Shown: piece by piece, positions 28,997 through 37,968 of the stretch
Numbering within the stretch: the first letter of the stretch is position 1
How the letters are laid out: each line of letters opens with the position of its first letter
NCBI GenBank assembly: GCA_048885525.1
Contig: JBHLLP010000032.1
Span: forward strand, 1 to 41,744
Reading direction: 5' to 3'
Source: Candidatus Hermodarchaeota archaeon
Lineage (GTDB): Archaea > Asgardarchaeota > Lokiarchaeia > Sigyniarchaeales > SOKP01
Length of the DNA stretch: 41,744 nt
The notes under the pieces: model-generated
What the model was told of the DNA's origin: nothing
Databases searched by the model: none
The model's input: the letters and a program-made list of their open reading frames with translations, nothing else
Program-made: the position numbers and the translations under genes

Positions 28997-30721
28997 GTGA
29001 TTTATATGAAAACTGAGGTTTATGTAAATAAAATAATAGAGGATACGGGTTTAACAAGAAAGGAGATCCAGAACTTAGTTGAAGATAAAAAAAATGAATT
29101 AAAGGGTTTAATTTCTGATGAAGGAGCTTTATTTATTATAGCTAAAGAGTTAGGAGTCGACATAAAAAATGAAAATAAAGATCTGTTAAAAGAAATTGAA
29201 ATTTATATCTCCGATATTACTCAAAATATGAAAAACATAACGTTGTTTGGGAGAATAAAAGAAATATATAAGGTTAATAGCTTTGAAAGAAGTGATGGAA
29301 GTAAAGGATATGTCGGATCTTTTTTATTGCATGATAAGACTGGAGATGCTAGAATAGTACTATGGGATAATCAAGTTAATATTTTTACGGAATCGAATTT
29401 TGAAAAAAATGAACTAATTAAAATTATTAACGGTACAGCAAAAAAAGGCAAGTTTGGAAGTATTGAAATTCATGTGGGACGTTATGGAAAAGTAATCTTA
29501 TCTCCTGATGATGTGGATTATAAAAAATATCCTAAAATTACGTACAAATCAATTGATATAAAAAATATTAATTTAAATCTTAATTCTGTATCAATAGAAG
29601 GTAAAGTAATCCAAATATTACCAAAAAGAGAATTTACTAGAAAGGATGGTGAATTTGGAAAAGTACAATCTTTAACATTATTAGATTCTACGGGTTCAAT
29701 AAGGATTACCTTTTGGAATGAAGATACTGAAAAACTAGAAACATTAGAAGTTAATGATGTTATATCAATTACTAATTTAAACCCTCGACTAAGCACTCTT
29801 GATTCAAAAACTATAGAATTAACGGCGAATAGAAACACAAACATTATAAAAAGCACAAAAGAGTTGGAGATTAAAGGAGAATCTATAAAAAGCATAGAAG
29901 AGCTTCAGAATAGAATTGGAGTTGTATCATTTAATGGAATTATAACTTCAGCTGATAATTTAAAAACTGTTTCTTTAAAATCTGGAGAAGATGTTCCTTT
30001 ATTAGGTTTTATTGTTAGTGATGATACTGATGGGATTAGAGTCACATTATGGCGTGAAAAAGCAGAGGAATTTTCAAAATTATTAAGCATTGGACAAGGA
30101 TTAGCCTTCAAAAATGTTTTAGTTAAATATAGTAACTTTACAAATAGAAATGAAATTTCTTTAATTAACGAGTCAATTATAGAGTTAAAAGATTTGGAGA
30201 TAAAGAATCTAAAAAGTATTAATATAGAGAAAATTGAAAGACCCTCTAATTTTTCTGGAAATTATACAAAAATTAATACAATCAATTCCTCCGGTACATT
30301 CGAAGTAAAAGGATTCATTGTTAAAGATTTAAGTAATATAACTATATATGAAGGATGTAAAAATTGTTTTAAGAAAGTAGAGAATTGTACTTGCGATGAA
30401 GGCGAAATTACTGAATTTAGGATGATCATTAATCTCATTATTGATGATGGTACCGGTACAATAAGAACCACTTTTATAGGAGAGCAAGCAGAAAAGTTAA
30501 TAGGCATAGAAACATCGAATATTGTGCAACTAAAAGAAACGCCTGAATTTGATAAATTTCTAGAAAAAAAATCATCCGAGCTACTAGGAAAAGATATTAT
30601 TATAAGAGGCAGAGCTAAATTCAGTGATTTCTCTAATCAATATGAGATATCTGTATATGATTTCAAAGATATCAATATTGATGAGGAATTAGAAAGAGTA
30701 ATGAGAAAAATTGAAAGTTAA
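28997..30721 (+). CDS. rpa: Replication protein A large subunit (multiple OB folds, C-terminal Zn finger)
   Basis: N-terminal GLISDEGALFIIAKELG; repeated D.TG.IR.TLW OB motifs; CKNC..CTC..DDGTG. Confidence 0.9.
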   Translation: MIYMKTEVYVNKIIEDTGLTRKEIQNLVEDKKNELKGLISDEGALFIIAKELGVDIKNENKDLLKEIEIYISDITQNMKNITLFGRIKEIYKVNSFERSDGSKGYVGSFLLHDKTGDARIVLWDNQVNIFTESNFEKNELIKIINGTAKKGKFGSIEIHVGRYGKVILSPDDVDYKKYPKITYKSIDIKNINLNLNSVSIEGKVIQILPKREFTRKDGEFGKVQSLTLLDSTGSIRITFWNEDTEKLETLEVNDVISITNLNPRLSTLDSKTIELTANRNTNIIKSTKELEIKGESIKSIEELQNRIGVVSFNGIITSADNLKTVSLKSGEDVPLLGFIVSDDTDGIRVTLWREKAEEFSKLLSIGQGLAFKNVLVKYSNFTNRNEISLINESIIELKDLEIKNLKSINIEKIERPSNFSGNYTKINTINSSGTFEVKGFIVKDLSNITIYEGCKNCFKKVENCTCDEGEITEFRMIINLIIDDGTGTIRTTFIGEQAEKLIGIETSNIVQLKETPEFDKFLEKKSSELLGKDIIIRGRAKFSDFSNQYEISVYDFKDINIDEELERVMRKIES

Positions 30722-30787
30722 AGTATAATTTTTTTAATTGCCTCTTTTTAATAATATAAATTTAAGATTGCTATTGCTTTAAAAAGC

Positions 30788-31738
30788 TTGAATGAAAAAA
30801 TGGGAAAAATAGATGTTATAGGTTTAGGTGAGGTGGTTGTTGATTGGGTGGCAATAATTCCTCAATTTCCTAAACCAGATGAAAAAATTAATGCTATATC
30901 TGAAGATTATTTTTCAGGTGGTGTAACCGCTAATTTCTTAGTTGCTGTAGCACGGCTTGGGGTCTCATGTGGATTTATTGGTGCCGTTGGTGAAGATTCC
31001 TACGGAAATTTTTTAATTGAAGATTTTATTAAAGAAAAAGTTGATACTAAATTAACTATTATGAAAAAGGGCATGAAAACTCCACTAAATTTTATTTTTG
31101 TAGTTAAAGGAGAAAAAACAATAATTCAATCCCCTCATATGTTAACAACTAAGCTAGAAATCTCTGATTTGGATGAAAATTATATAGCTGAATCAAAAGT
31201 CTTGCATACAACCTTGATTCACCCCGAATTATCAGAAAAAGTTATTAATTTAGCAAATCAAAATGATGTAAGAATTAGTATTGATTTAGAATCTCAGATA
31301 GCTCAACAAGGTTGGATGCGTTTAAAAAAAATGTTGTTAAAGGCAGATATATTAATTCCTAATCAAGAAGGAGCAAAAATGATAACAAAATGCAAAACAC
31401 CTAGGGATGCTGCTAAAAGATTAATCGAAAAAGGGATTCCCATTGTAATTATAACATTAGGTGCTAAAGGAGCATTACTTACAACTAAAGAACTCCAAAT
31501 CCAAATACCTGCTTACAAAACAGATAACATCATTGATACTACTGGCGCGGGCGATGCTTTTAATGGAGCTTTTTCGGTTGCTTATTTTATTAAGAATTGG
31601 AATTTGGATAAATCAATTAGGTACGCAAATGCTGCTGCCTGTTTGAAGATCCAGAAGTTAGGCGCAAGGACAGGAATGCCTAATGAGGTAGATTTGGTAC
31701 AATTTCTAAAAAATAATGATAAATATTTCTTTAACTAA
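30788..31738 (+). CDS. PfkB/ribokinase-family carbohydrate kinase
   Basis: GGVTAN..ARLG, GAVGED, PNQE, ITLGAKG, DTTGAGDAF. Confidence 0.93.
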   Translation: MNEKMGKIDVIGLGEVVVDWVAIIPQFPKPDEKINAISEDYFSGGVTANFLVAVARLGVSCGFIGAVGEDSYGNFLIEDFIKEKVDTKLTIMKKGMKTPLNFIFVVKGEKTIIQSPHMLTTKLEISDLDENYIAESKVLHTTLIHPELSEKVINLANQNDVRISIDLESQIAQQGWMRLKKMLLKADILIPNQEGAKMITKCKTPRDAAKRLIEKGIPIVIITLGAKGALLTTKELQIQIPAYKTDNIIDTTGAGDAFNGAFSVAYFIKNWNLDKSIRYANAAACLKIQKLGARTGMPNEVDLVQFLKNNDKYFFN

Positions 31739-31757
31739 ATTCAAATATAGTAATTAT

Positions 31758-32198
31758 TTATTGAGAGATTAAACAAATGCTTTTATAATTAGTTGGATAC
31801 TGCATCATTTCATTATAAACATCTAAAATTTTCTCTTCTGAAAGATCTTTTAAATGAATATTAAAAGGCCATACTCCTATAATAATGTCCCCTAAATTCT
31901 TCACATTACCAATCAAATATCCTGTTTTCTTTCCATTTAATTTTTTTGAATATAATATAACAAGATAATAATTATATGTATGGTCAACTATAGGATTTCC
32001 AATAATAAGAACTTCTTCAATATTTTGAAAATTGATTATATGTTGATTTGTTTCACTTAACTTTTTCAACTCTAAAGTAAATTTAGCGGGAATAGATATT
32101 GGCTTTTTAAACTCAAGTTGTTTAAAACTTAAAGTTAGATTTTTATGTTCAAATTGTTGATGTGCTCTAAAGATTACTTTATAAATAATAGAATCCAT
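31758..32198 (-). CDS. Hypothetical protein
   Basis: 146-aa ATG ORF downstream of aIF1 on the same strand; no recognised motif. Confidence 0.6.
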   Translation of the reverse strand: MDSIIYKVIFRAHQQFEHKNLTLSFKQLEFKKPISIPAKFTLELKKLSETNQHIINFQNIEEVLIIGNPIVDHTYNYYLVILYSKKLNGKKTGYLIGNVKNLGDIIIGVWPFNIHLKDLSEEKILDVYNEMMQYPTNYKSICLISQ

Positions 32199-32277
32199 AC
32201 AAAATATTTTAATCCATTTTATTAATTAATTCATCTAATACTAAAGTCTTCCAAATTATGGCGTTTTTTTTCTTCTA

Positions 32278-32595
32278 TTATCCTTGAATAAGAATATTAT
32301 CCTCAGGAAATCCCAGATCAATCAAGAATTTTTTCATTTTAAACCGATGATCTCCTTGGAGTTCAACTTCGTTATCTCTTACAGTTCCTCCAGAAGCACA
32401 TTTCTTTTTTGCTTTTGTTAATATATTTTTAAGATTTACATCGAAATTTCCAATGAAAGTGATAACAGTAACAACTCGCCCCCATTTTCTTCTATCGTTA
32501 GAGATTATTATTTGTTGTTCATCGGCGCTTAAGCTATCGCAAATACATAGTTCTTTTGGAAAACTACATATAGGACAAATTTCATCATCTTTAAT
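32278..32595 (-). CDS. sui1: Translation initiation factor aIF1 (SUI1), 105 aa, apparent ATT start; absent from the ORF track
   Basis: Manual translation (I/M)KDDEICPICSFPKELCICDSLSADEQQIIISNDRRKWGRVVTVI...KKKCASGGTVRDNEVELQGDHR...GFPEDNILIQG has the archaeal SUI1 signatures. In-frame TGA TAA lie 2 codons upstream of ATT. Confidence 0.93.
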   Translation of the reverse strand: MKDDEICPICSFPKELCICDSLSADEQQIIISNDRRKWGRVVTVITFIGNFDVNLKNILTKAKKKCASGGTVRDNEVELQGDHRFKMKKFLIDLGFPEDNILIQG

Positions 32596-32603
32596 GCTGT
32601 CTT

Positions 32604-32613
32604 ATCACAACCT
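32604..32613 (-). promoter_or_regulatory. Shine-Dalgarno-like element for aIF1
   Basis: AGGTTGTGAT matches 8/10 of AGGAGGTGAT, the complement of the 16S 3' tail seen at 41672-41681; it ends 8 nt before ATT. Confidence 0.55.
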
Positions 32614-32969
32614 TTATTGTTAAAACTTTTTAAAATTTAATTCTAAAAAATAATAGAATAAAATCTTATAAAAATCTTTTTTATTTTGGAATGGACCTTT
32701 TATAATAGTAATTATTATTCAATTTATTAGTTTCTTGAATACAAAAATCTCATAATTCTAAATTTTAAATAGAGTGTATTAGAAATTTAACGAATTAAAG
32801 AATAATAGTAATTAATTAATTATTCTTTTCAACTTCAATTTAGTTTTAACTCATTATTTTCTAGCTTTTATAATTAACCCTCTTAAGTAAAAAAGTATTT
32901 AAAGAAAAATTTTTATTATTTATCAATATGCTTATTCTTAATGTTAGAATATTTATGTGATACATTAAA

Positions 32970-33497
32970 ATGCAGAGCTCATGGATTTTTAAAGTAATTG
33001 TCGCGGGTGCGGGCGGTGTAGGAAAAACAGCAATGATTACAAGGTATTGTACGGGAAAGTTCGAGGAAGGGTATAAAATGACGATTGGAGCAGGATTTCA
33101 TACAAAATCTGAAACCCTCGATACTGGAGAAGCCGTTAAGATGCAACTTTGGGATTTTGCAGGTGAAAAACGTTTCCGTGAACTCCTCCCTGACTATTGT
33201 AAAGGTGCAAGCGGTGCTTTTATTTGTTTTGATATTAGTGATTATGATACATTTAGGGAAATACCTGAATGGTTAAAAATAATTCGTCAAAAAGCTGGTT
33301 TTATCCCAATAATTCTCATGGGAATGAAATGGGATCTTCCAGATCATGAAGTTAATTTTGAAGTAGCAAATGAATATGCGAATAAAGCAAAATGTAATCA
33401 ATGTGTCTTTTGTTCCTCTAAAGATGATATAAATATAAATGAATCCTTTCAAGCTATGGCAAAATGGTTAATTTATTACGCAGCTCTAGCAGATTGA
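32970..33497 (+). CDS. Rab/Ras-like small GTPase (Asgard type)
   Basis: G1 GAGGVGKT, G2 YKMTIG, G3 LWDFAGE, G4 GMKWD, G5 CSSK; no C-terminal prenylation motif. Confidence 0.92.
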   Translation: MQSSWIFKVIVAGAGGVGKTAMITRYCTGKFEEGYKMTIGAGFHTKSETLDTGEAVKMQLWDFAGEKRFRELLPDYCKGASGAFICFDISDYDTFREIPEWLKIIRQKAGFIPIILMGMKWDLPDHEVNFEVANEYANKAKCNQCVFCSSKDDININESFQAMAKWLIYYAALAD

Positions 33498-33611
33498 CTC
33501 AGAATGGATTTTTAAATGTTATTATATAATTTAAATAACAATTGAATATTAGAGAAAAAGCTAAATATTATATTTAATAAAAATATATATCAATAAAAAT
33601 ATCAAAGAAGC

Positions 33612-33763
33612 GCCTCGGTAGCTCAGCAAGGTAGAGTACCGCTTCGGTGTGCCTAAAGCACCCGGCTAAGGTAATTTTGATTTACCTCCGGAAGTTAACC
33701 GGGCGGTCGCATGTTCGATTTTCCATCTAAATAATAGGTGGATCGGAAACCATGCCCGGGGCG
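33612..33763 (+). tRNA. tRNA-Asn(GTT) with three introns: 22/23 (33635-33656), 33/34 (33668-33693), 59/60 (33720-33749)
   Basis: Spliced: GCCTCGG TA GCTC AGCAAGGTA GAGC A CCCGG CT GTT AA CCGGG CGGTC GCATG TTCGATC CATGC CCGGGGC G. Each intron is a hairpin with a 4-bp helix and 3-nt bulges; G73 discriminator. Confidence 0.88.
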
Positions 33764-34164
33764 CTAAATAATTCTTCACTTTTTTTAATATTAATGAATT
33801 CTTATTAAACTGATCATTTTTTTGTGGAAATTTTAATTTAATTTCACCATATTCTATAATAATTTGAAATTTGTTTGGTAATCATGTTATGCTTTTGCCA
33901 GAAATTCCCCCAATTATGACGATGAGAGAATAAATTTGTTCGCGAGATCCTTTCTTTTTTGGAGTTTAGCAATTCTGTTACTGATAGATTCCAATTTTGA
34001 GAAATCGCTTCCTAAAGAATTGAATTCGCCATTTTTTTAAATTTTTTTTTCATTACATGTAATTTTATAGGATTTTGATGAGTTTTTACCTTAAGGATAT
34101 TGAGAAATTTACGTTTAAAAATGAACAAAGTGCCTTTAATGTGACCCTAAATTATAAATTTTTG

Positions 34165-34301
34165 TGCTCCTGCCGGGATTCGAACCCGGTTGCCGTTTCA
34201 TGTCGATGATGACATGAGAAAGTCGGCGGGGTGAAGGCCCGCTATGTTTCCACATTAGGGTTGCTACCAATTATGACTTGGCCGTGCTACACTACAGGAG
34301 C
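34165..34301 (-). tRNA. tRNA-Glu(TTC) with two introns: 22/23 (34247-34276) and 48/49 (34190-34221); C at position 33
   Basis: Spliced: GCTCCTG TA GTGT AGCACGGCCAA GCAT A GCGGG CC TTC AC CCCGC CGAC CCGGG TTCGAAT CCCGG CAGGAGC A; acceptor and D arm are typical of archaeal tRNA-Glu. Confidence 0.85.
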
Positions 34302-34388
34302 AGAATTTATTTCATCAAAAATTTTATTTAATTATTAATGATGTAATTAATTTTGGGTTAAAAATTTTATGAATGAAGGTCATAATAA

Positions 34389-34506
34389 TGCGGGAAGGGA
34401 GATTTGAACTCCCGAACTCCTACGAGAATGGATTCTAAGTCCACCGCCTATAGTCAACCTTCGATCAAACCCCTTAAGGCTTTTGACCAGACTTGGCAAT
34501 TCCCGC
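34389..34506 (-). tRNA. tRNA-Leu(TAG) with a 33-nt intron at 21/22 (34450-34482)
   Basis: GCGGGAA/TTCCCGC-A, GTGGA-CTTAGAA-TCCAT, long variable arm. The BHB GGTC/GACT with AAA and ATA bulges restores GGTCAAAGGCG. Confidence 0.9.
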
Positions 34507-34675
34507 GAAATATTGTATTAAAATATTATTATTATTTAATTAAAAGACTAAGAAATAAATAAATTTTTTAGGATAGAATTAAGACTTAAATACGATTGAA
34601 TTAAAAGATAAAAATTTATTATTATACATAATACTAAAAATATATTATTTAGACTTAGCAAAAAAAATATATGAT

Positions 34676-35686
34676 TTGATTTCTCTAATGAGTGTAAGAG
34701 AATCTCTAATTAAACATTTAACATCTATTCTACGAGCATCAGAAGGTACATTTTTAGTTGTTCTATGCGATCAGAATGGTCTTTCAATAGCAAAAATAGG
34801 TAGAAAAAGTGAAATTGATTTAAATCCTAATCAGATCACTAGTTTAGCATCAGCAGCTTTTTCTGCTAGTGAAGAAAATTGGGAAGATTTAAATATTAAG
34901 GACCAAGTTATCTCATTTTCTTATTTTGATAAAGTTTGTTTGATAACAATCAGAATTAATGAAACACTTCTAACTATAGTACATGATTACCATAAGGAAT
35001 GGCCCTTAGATGCAGATAATTTAGCTACAGCTATGTATTATTTGAAACAAAAATTAGGTGAATTTTTTGGAAGTGGAGATGAGTCAGAAAGAGAAATTGA
35101 AATTTTTTGCGATAAAGTTCGTAGTGCCATTTACCTTTTTGGAATGGGCTCTGAAGTTCCCTTTGTATCTTATAAACCTGAAAGTTTCGAACAATCAAAT
35201 TTATTACCTTCTATAAGTACAGTATTAGATTCAATTCAAAATCCTATTTTTATAAGGTATGGTTTAGTTACCCCTTCTGGTTTAACTTTAGATGCGAGAG
35301 AAGTAAGCGGTCAAGAATTACCAATTACCATTGAAGCATTCTCTGCAAATGCTAATGTAGCTTTTCAAAAAATGAAGGAAGAATCGGGGGGAAGTTCTAT
35401 AGGAGATTTATTATGTTATATTGCAATTTCTGGTAAAGATGCTGAAAATTTTTATGGGCTTATCACTTGTCCATCAGGTAAATTAAAATTCTCCGTTTTA
35501 GAAGAAACTTCGAATATTGAGGATATTTCGTTTATTGGTTTATTCACATTAACGTATGGTGGGATCCCTGTTATTTGTGAATCAAGAAATATAATAAGTT
35601 CAATAATGCAAATATTAGGTGAAGAACAAACAACCATGAACTTTATAAAATCTGTTAATGTTCTTACAAGTTTCAAGTATGAATAG
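34676..35686 (+). CDS. Tandem roadblock/LC7 (MglB/LAMTOR-like) domain protein
   Basis: VVLCDQNGLSIA..ITSLASAAFSASE..LNI and GLVTPSGLTLD..AFSANANVAF..IG are two roadblock-like units. Confidence 0.7.
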   Translation: MISLMSVRESLIKHLTSILRASEGTFLVVLCDQNGLSIAKIGRKSEIDLNPNQITSLASAAFSASEENWEDLNIKDQVISFSYFDKVCLITIRINETLLTIVHDYHKEWPLDADNLATAMYYLKQKLGEFFGSGDESEREIEIFCDKVRSAIYLFGMGSEVPFVSYKPESFEQSNLLPSISTVLDSIQNPIFIRYGLVTPSGLTLDAREVSGQELPITIEAFSANANVAFQKMKEESGGSSIGDLLCYIAISGKDAENFYGLITCPSGKLKFSVLEETSNIEDISFIGLFTLTYGGIPVICESRNIISSIMQILGEEQTTMNFIKSVNVLTSFKYE

Positions 35687-35707
35687 TAAGGTATAGCAAT
35701 TATTTAT

Positions 35708-36205
35708 TTGAATAATTTAACCATTATATCTTTAGATCTTATAATGACTATTTCCAATTCAATAAAAGATACAATTAAGTTATTTTGTTTGAATTATAAA
35801 GAATGTGACCCAAAAAAATGTACCGCATCTAAATTAATAAAACTCAATCTTGTAAAATCCATAAGTAAAATCAAAGGCATCTTCAATAAATGTATCATTT
35901 TAAATCCATTTGCTAACCAAGAGTTAACTTATCTTGATAGAAATGCCATTCTTAGAAATGGTTTAATTGTAATTGACTGTTCTTGGAATAATATTTTGAA
36001 TTTAAAAAAATTAACTAATAAAAACAGTCGTAAATTGCCTCCTTTAATTGCAGCGAATCCAACAAATTATGGTAAATGGGAAAAATTAAGCTCAGCAGAA
36101 GCACTAGCAGCAGCACTATTTATTATAAAATTCTCTGATTGTGGGGATTTAGTTTTATCTAAATTTTCTTGGGGAATCCAATTTAAAGAATTAAACAATT
36201 TTTAA
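35708..36205 (+). CDS. tsr3: 16S rRNA aminocarboxypropyltransferase Tsr3
   Basis: CDPKKCTASKL, IDCSW, RKLPPLIAANPTNYGK..LSSAEA, FSWG; the start may be the downstream ATG (MTISNS). Confidence 0.93.
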   Translation: MNNLTIISLDLIMTISNSIKDTIKLFCLNYKECDPKKCTASKLIKLNLVKSISKIKGIFNKCIILNPFANQELTYLDRNAILRNGLIVIDCSWNNILNLKKLTNKNSRKLPPLIAANPTNYGKWEKLSSAEALAAALFIIKFSDCGDLVLSKFSWGIQFKELNNF

Positions 36206-36240
36206 AAAAAAGATAATAAAAATAAAAAGTTTTGAGGGAA

Positions 36241-37845
36241 TTATTCTTCGGGACCTTTTGATAGACCAGAAGCAGCTATCACATCATCAATCTTAAGGAT
36301 CATAGCAGAGACTTCAGTTGCAGACTGAACTGCCTGAGTTAAAACAGATAAAGGTTCTAGAACTCCTAACTTTACCATATCGTCTGGTTTTCCTGTCTCG
36401 ATATTAATGCCTTTTGATTTCCCTTCTTCAGTTTCATGCTCTGATCTTAATTCTACAATTAAGTCTACAGGGTTATACCCTGCATTTTCGACCAAAGTCT
36501 TAGGAATTATTTCTAATGCATTAGCATATACTTCAATCGCTAACTGTTCTCTACCTCCAATTGATCTGGCATATAATCTAAGTCTTTTAGCAAGTTCTAT
36601 TTCAGAAGCACCGCCACCAGGCAAGATAAAAGGCAATTCTATCGCTGCTTTGACAACTGATAACGCATCGTGAAGCATTCTTTCTGCCTCATCAACAACA
36701 TGTTCAATTCCAGCTCTTATTAATATACTCACTGCTTTTGGATCTGCGCATTCAGAAACAAATATCATGTTGTCATCTCCTATTTTCTTTTCTTCTACTT
36801 TTCCCGCTTCGCCTAGATCATTTTCACTGATTTCAAAAATGTTATTAATAATTTTTGCATTTGTTGCTCTAGCTAATTTCTCCATATCTGATCTTTTTAC
36901 TCTTCGTACTGTTATAATATTTTCTTGAGCAAGATAATTTTGTGCTTTATCATCAACACCTTTTTGACAAAAAACAACATTAGTGCCAATTTCTTTTAAT
37001 TTTGCTACACGATTTTTTAACATATTTGCTTCTTCTTCAAGAAATTTATTGATTTGATCAGGAGTTTGAACTCTTATTTCAGCATCAAATTCCGTTTTTT
37101 CTACTTCTAAAGAGGCGCTGATTAATGCGACCTTTGCGTTTTTGATTGACTTTGGCATCATTGGATGGACCACTTCTTTATCAACGATAATTCCATCAAT
37201 GATAGTAGTATCTAAAAGACTTTTACCCTCTTTTTTTATAATTTGAATTTGATCCAAATCTATCATAACATAACTTCCGCGTTGTTCTTTAACTTGGCTT
37301 ACTGCTTTCACAGAAATATCTGCAAAATGACTTTTTACACCTGTAATTAATTTACTATTCATTGAAGTTTCTGCAACTTTCATTAGAGTAGCGGTATCAT
37401 TAATCTCTATTTTTGTTGAGAGTTCTTTCAAGATATCTTTACTTTTTAATAATGCTTTTCTATACCCTCTGAAGACAATTGTAGGGTGTACACCCTGTTC
37501 TATTAATTCCTCAGCAAGATTTAATAATTCACCTGCTATGATTACACTCGTAGTAGTACCATCTCCAACTTTATCGTCTTGAGTCTTGGCAACCTCTACT
37601 ATCATTTTAGCTGCAGGATGTTCAATATCCATCTCATCTAAAATGGTAGCTCCATCATTAGTTATTTTAACGTCTCCAAGAGAATCAATGACCATTTTAT
37701 CCATGCCCTTTGGTCCCAGTGTAGTTCTTACAGATTCAGCAACGGCTTTTGCGGCAGCAATGTTGTTTTTTTGAGCATCTTTCCCTCGTTTTCTCTCAGT
37801 TCCCTCTTTTAATATAAGAATTGGAACTCCAGATAATTGTGCCAT
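36241..37845 (-). CDS. ths: Thermosome (group II chaperonin) subunit
   Basis: [38 protein letters not shown]; ATG start (MAQLSG) preferred over the upstream GTG. Confidence 0.97.
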   Translation of the reverse strand: MAQLSGVPILILKEGTERKRGKDAQKNNIAAAKAVAESVRTTLGPKGMDKMVIDSLGDVKITNDGATILDEMDIEHPAAKMIVEVAKTQDDKVGDGTTTSVIIAGELLNLAEELIEQGVHPTIVFRGYRKALLKSKDILKELSTKIEINDTATLMKVAETSMNSKLITGVKSHFADISVKAVSQVKEQRGSYVMIDLDQIQIIKKEGKSLLDTTIIDGIIVDKEVVHPMMPKSIKNAKVALISASLEVEKTEFDAEIRVQTPDQINKFLEEEANMLKNRVAKLKEIGTNVVFCQKGVDDKAQNYLAQENIITVRRVKRSDMEKLARATNAKIINNIFEISENDLGEAGKVEEKKIGDDNMIFVSECADPKAVSILIRAGIEHVVDEAERMLHDALSVVKAAIELPFILPGGGASEIELAKRLRLYARSIGGREQLAIEVYANALEIIPKTLVENAGYNPVDLIVELRSEHETEEGKSKGINIETGKPDDMVKLGVLEPLSVLTQAVQSATEVSAMILKIDDVIAASGLSKGPEE

Positions 37846-37968
37846 CTTTTTTTCCACTTTTTTAATTATTCGTATAAAAATTTTATTTATATAGATCTCT
37901 AAGTCATAAAATTAAAAAAGTTTACGAAAAATAATTAAAAGCTTAATTTTTGGGTTTTTTAATATTTC

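Noticed and set aside
33914-34053. Possible small minus-strand gene broken in an A-homopolymer (MKKKFKK / NGEFNSLGSDFSKLESISNRIAKLQKRKDLANKFILSSS)
   Set aside because: It needs a frameshift, is only ~46 codons and has no recognisable homology; it cannot be distinguished from chance.
34165-34301. Reading the Glu tRNA as a TCA (Sec/opal) tRNA with a long variable arm
   Set aside because: The GCGGG/CCCGC stem fixes TTC at loop positions 34-36, a shifted register does not pair, the apparent arm is a BHB intron, and the acceptor is a normal 7 bp.
36241-36290. Thermosome lacks a GGM-repeat C-terminal tail
   Set aside because: Tail variation is common among group II chaperonin paralogs and is not informative alone.
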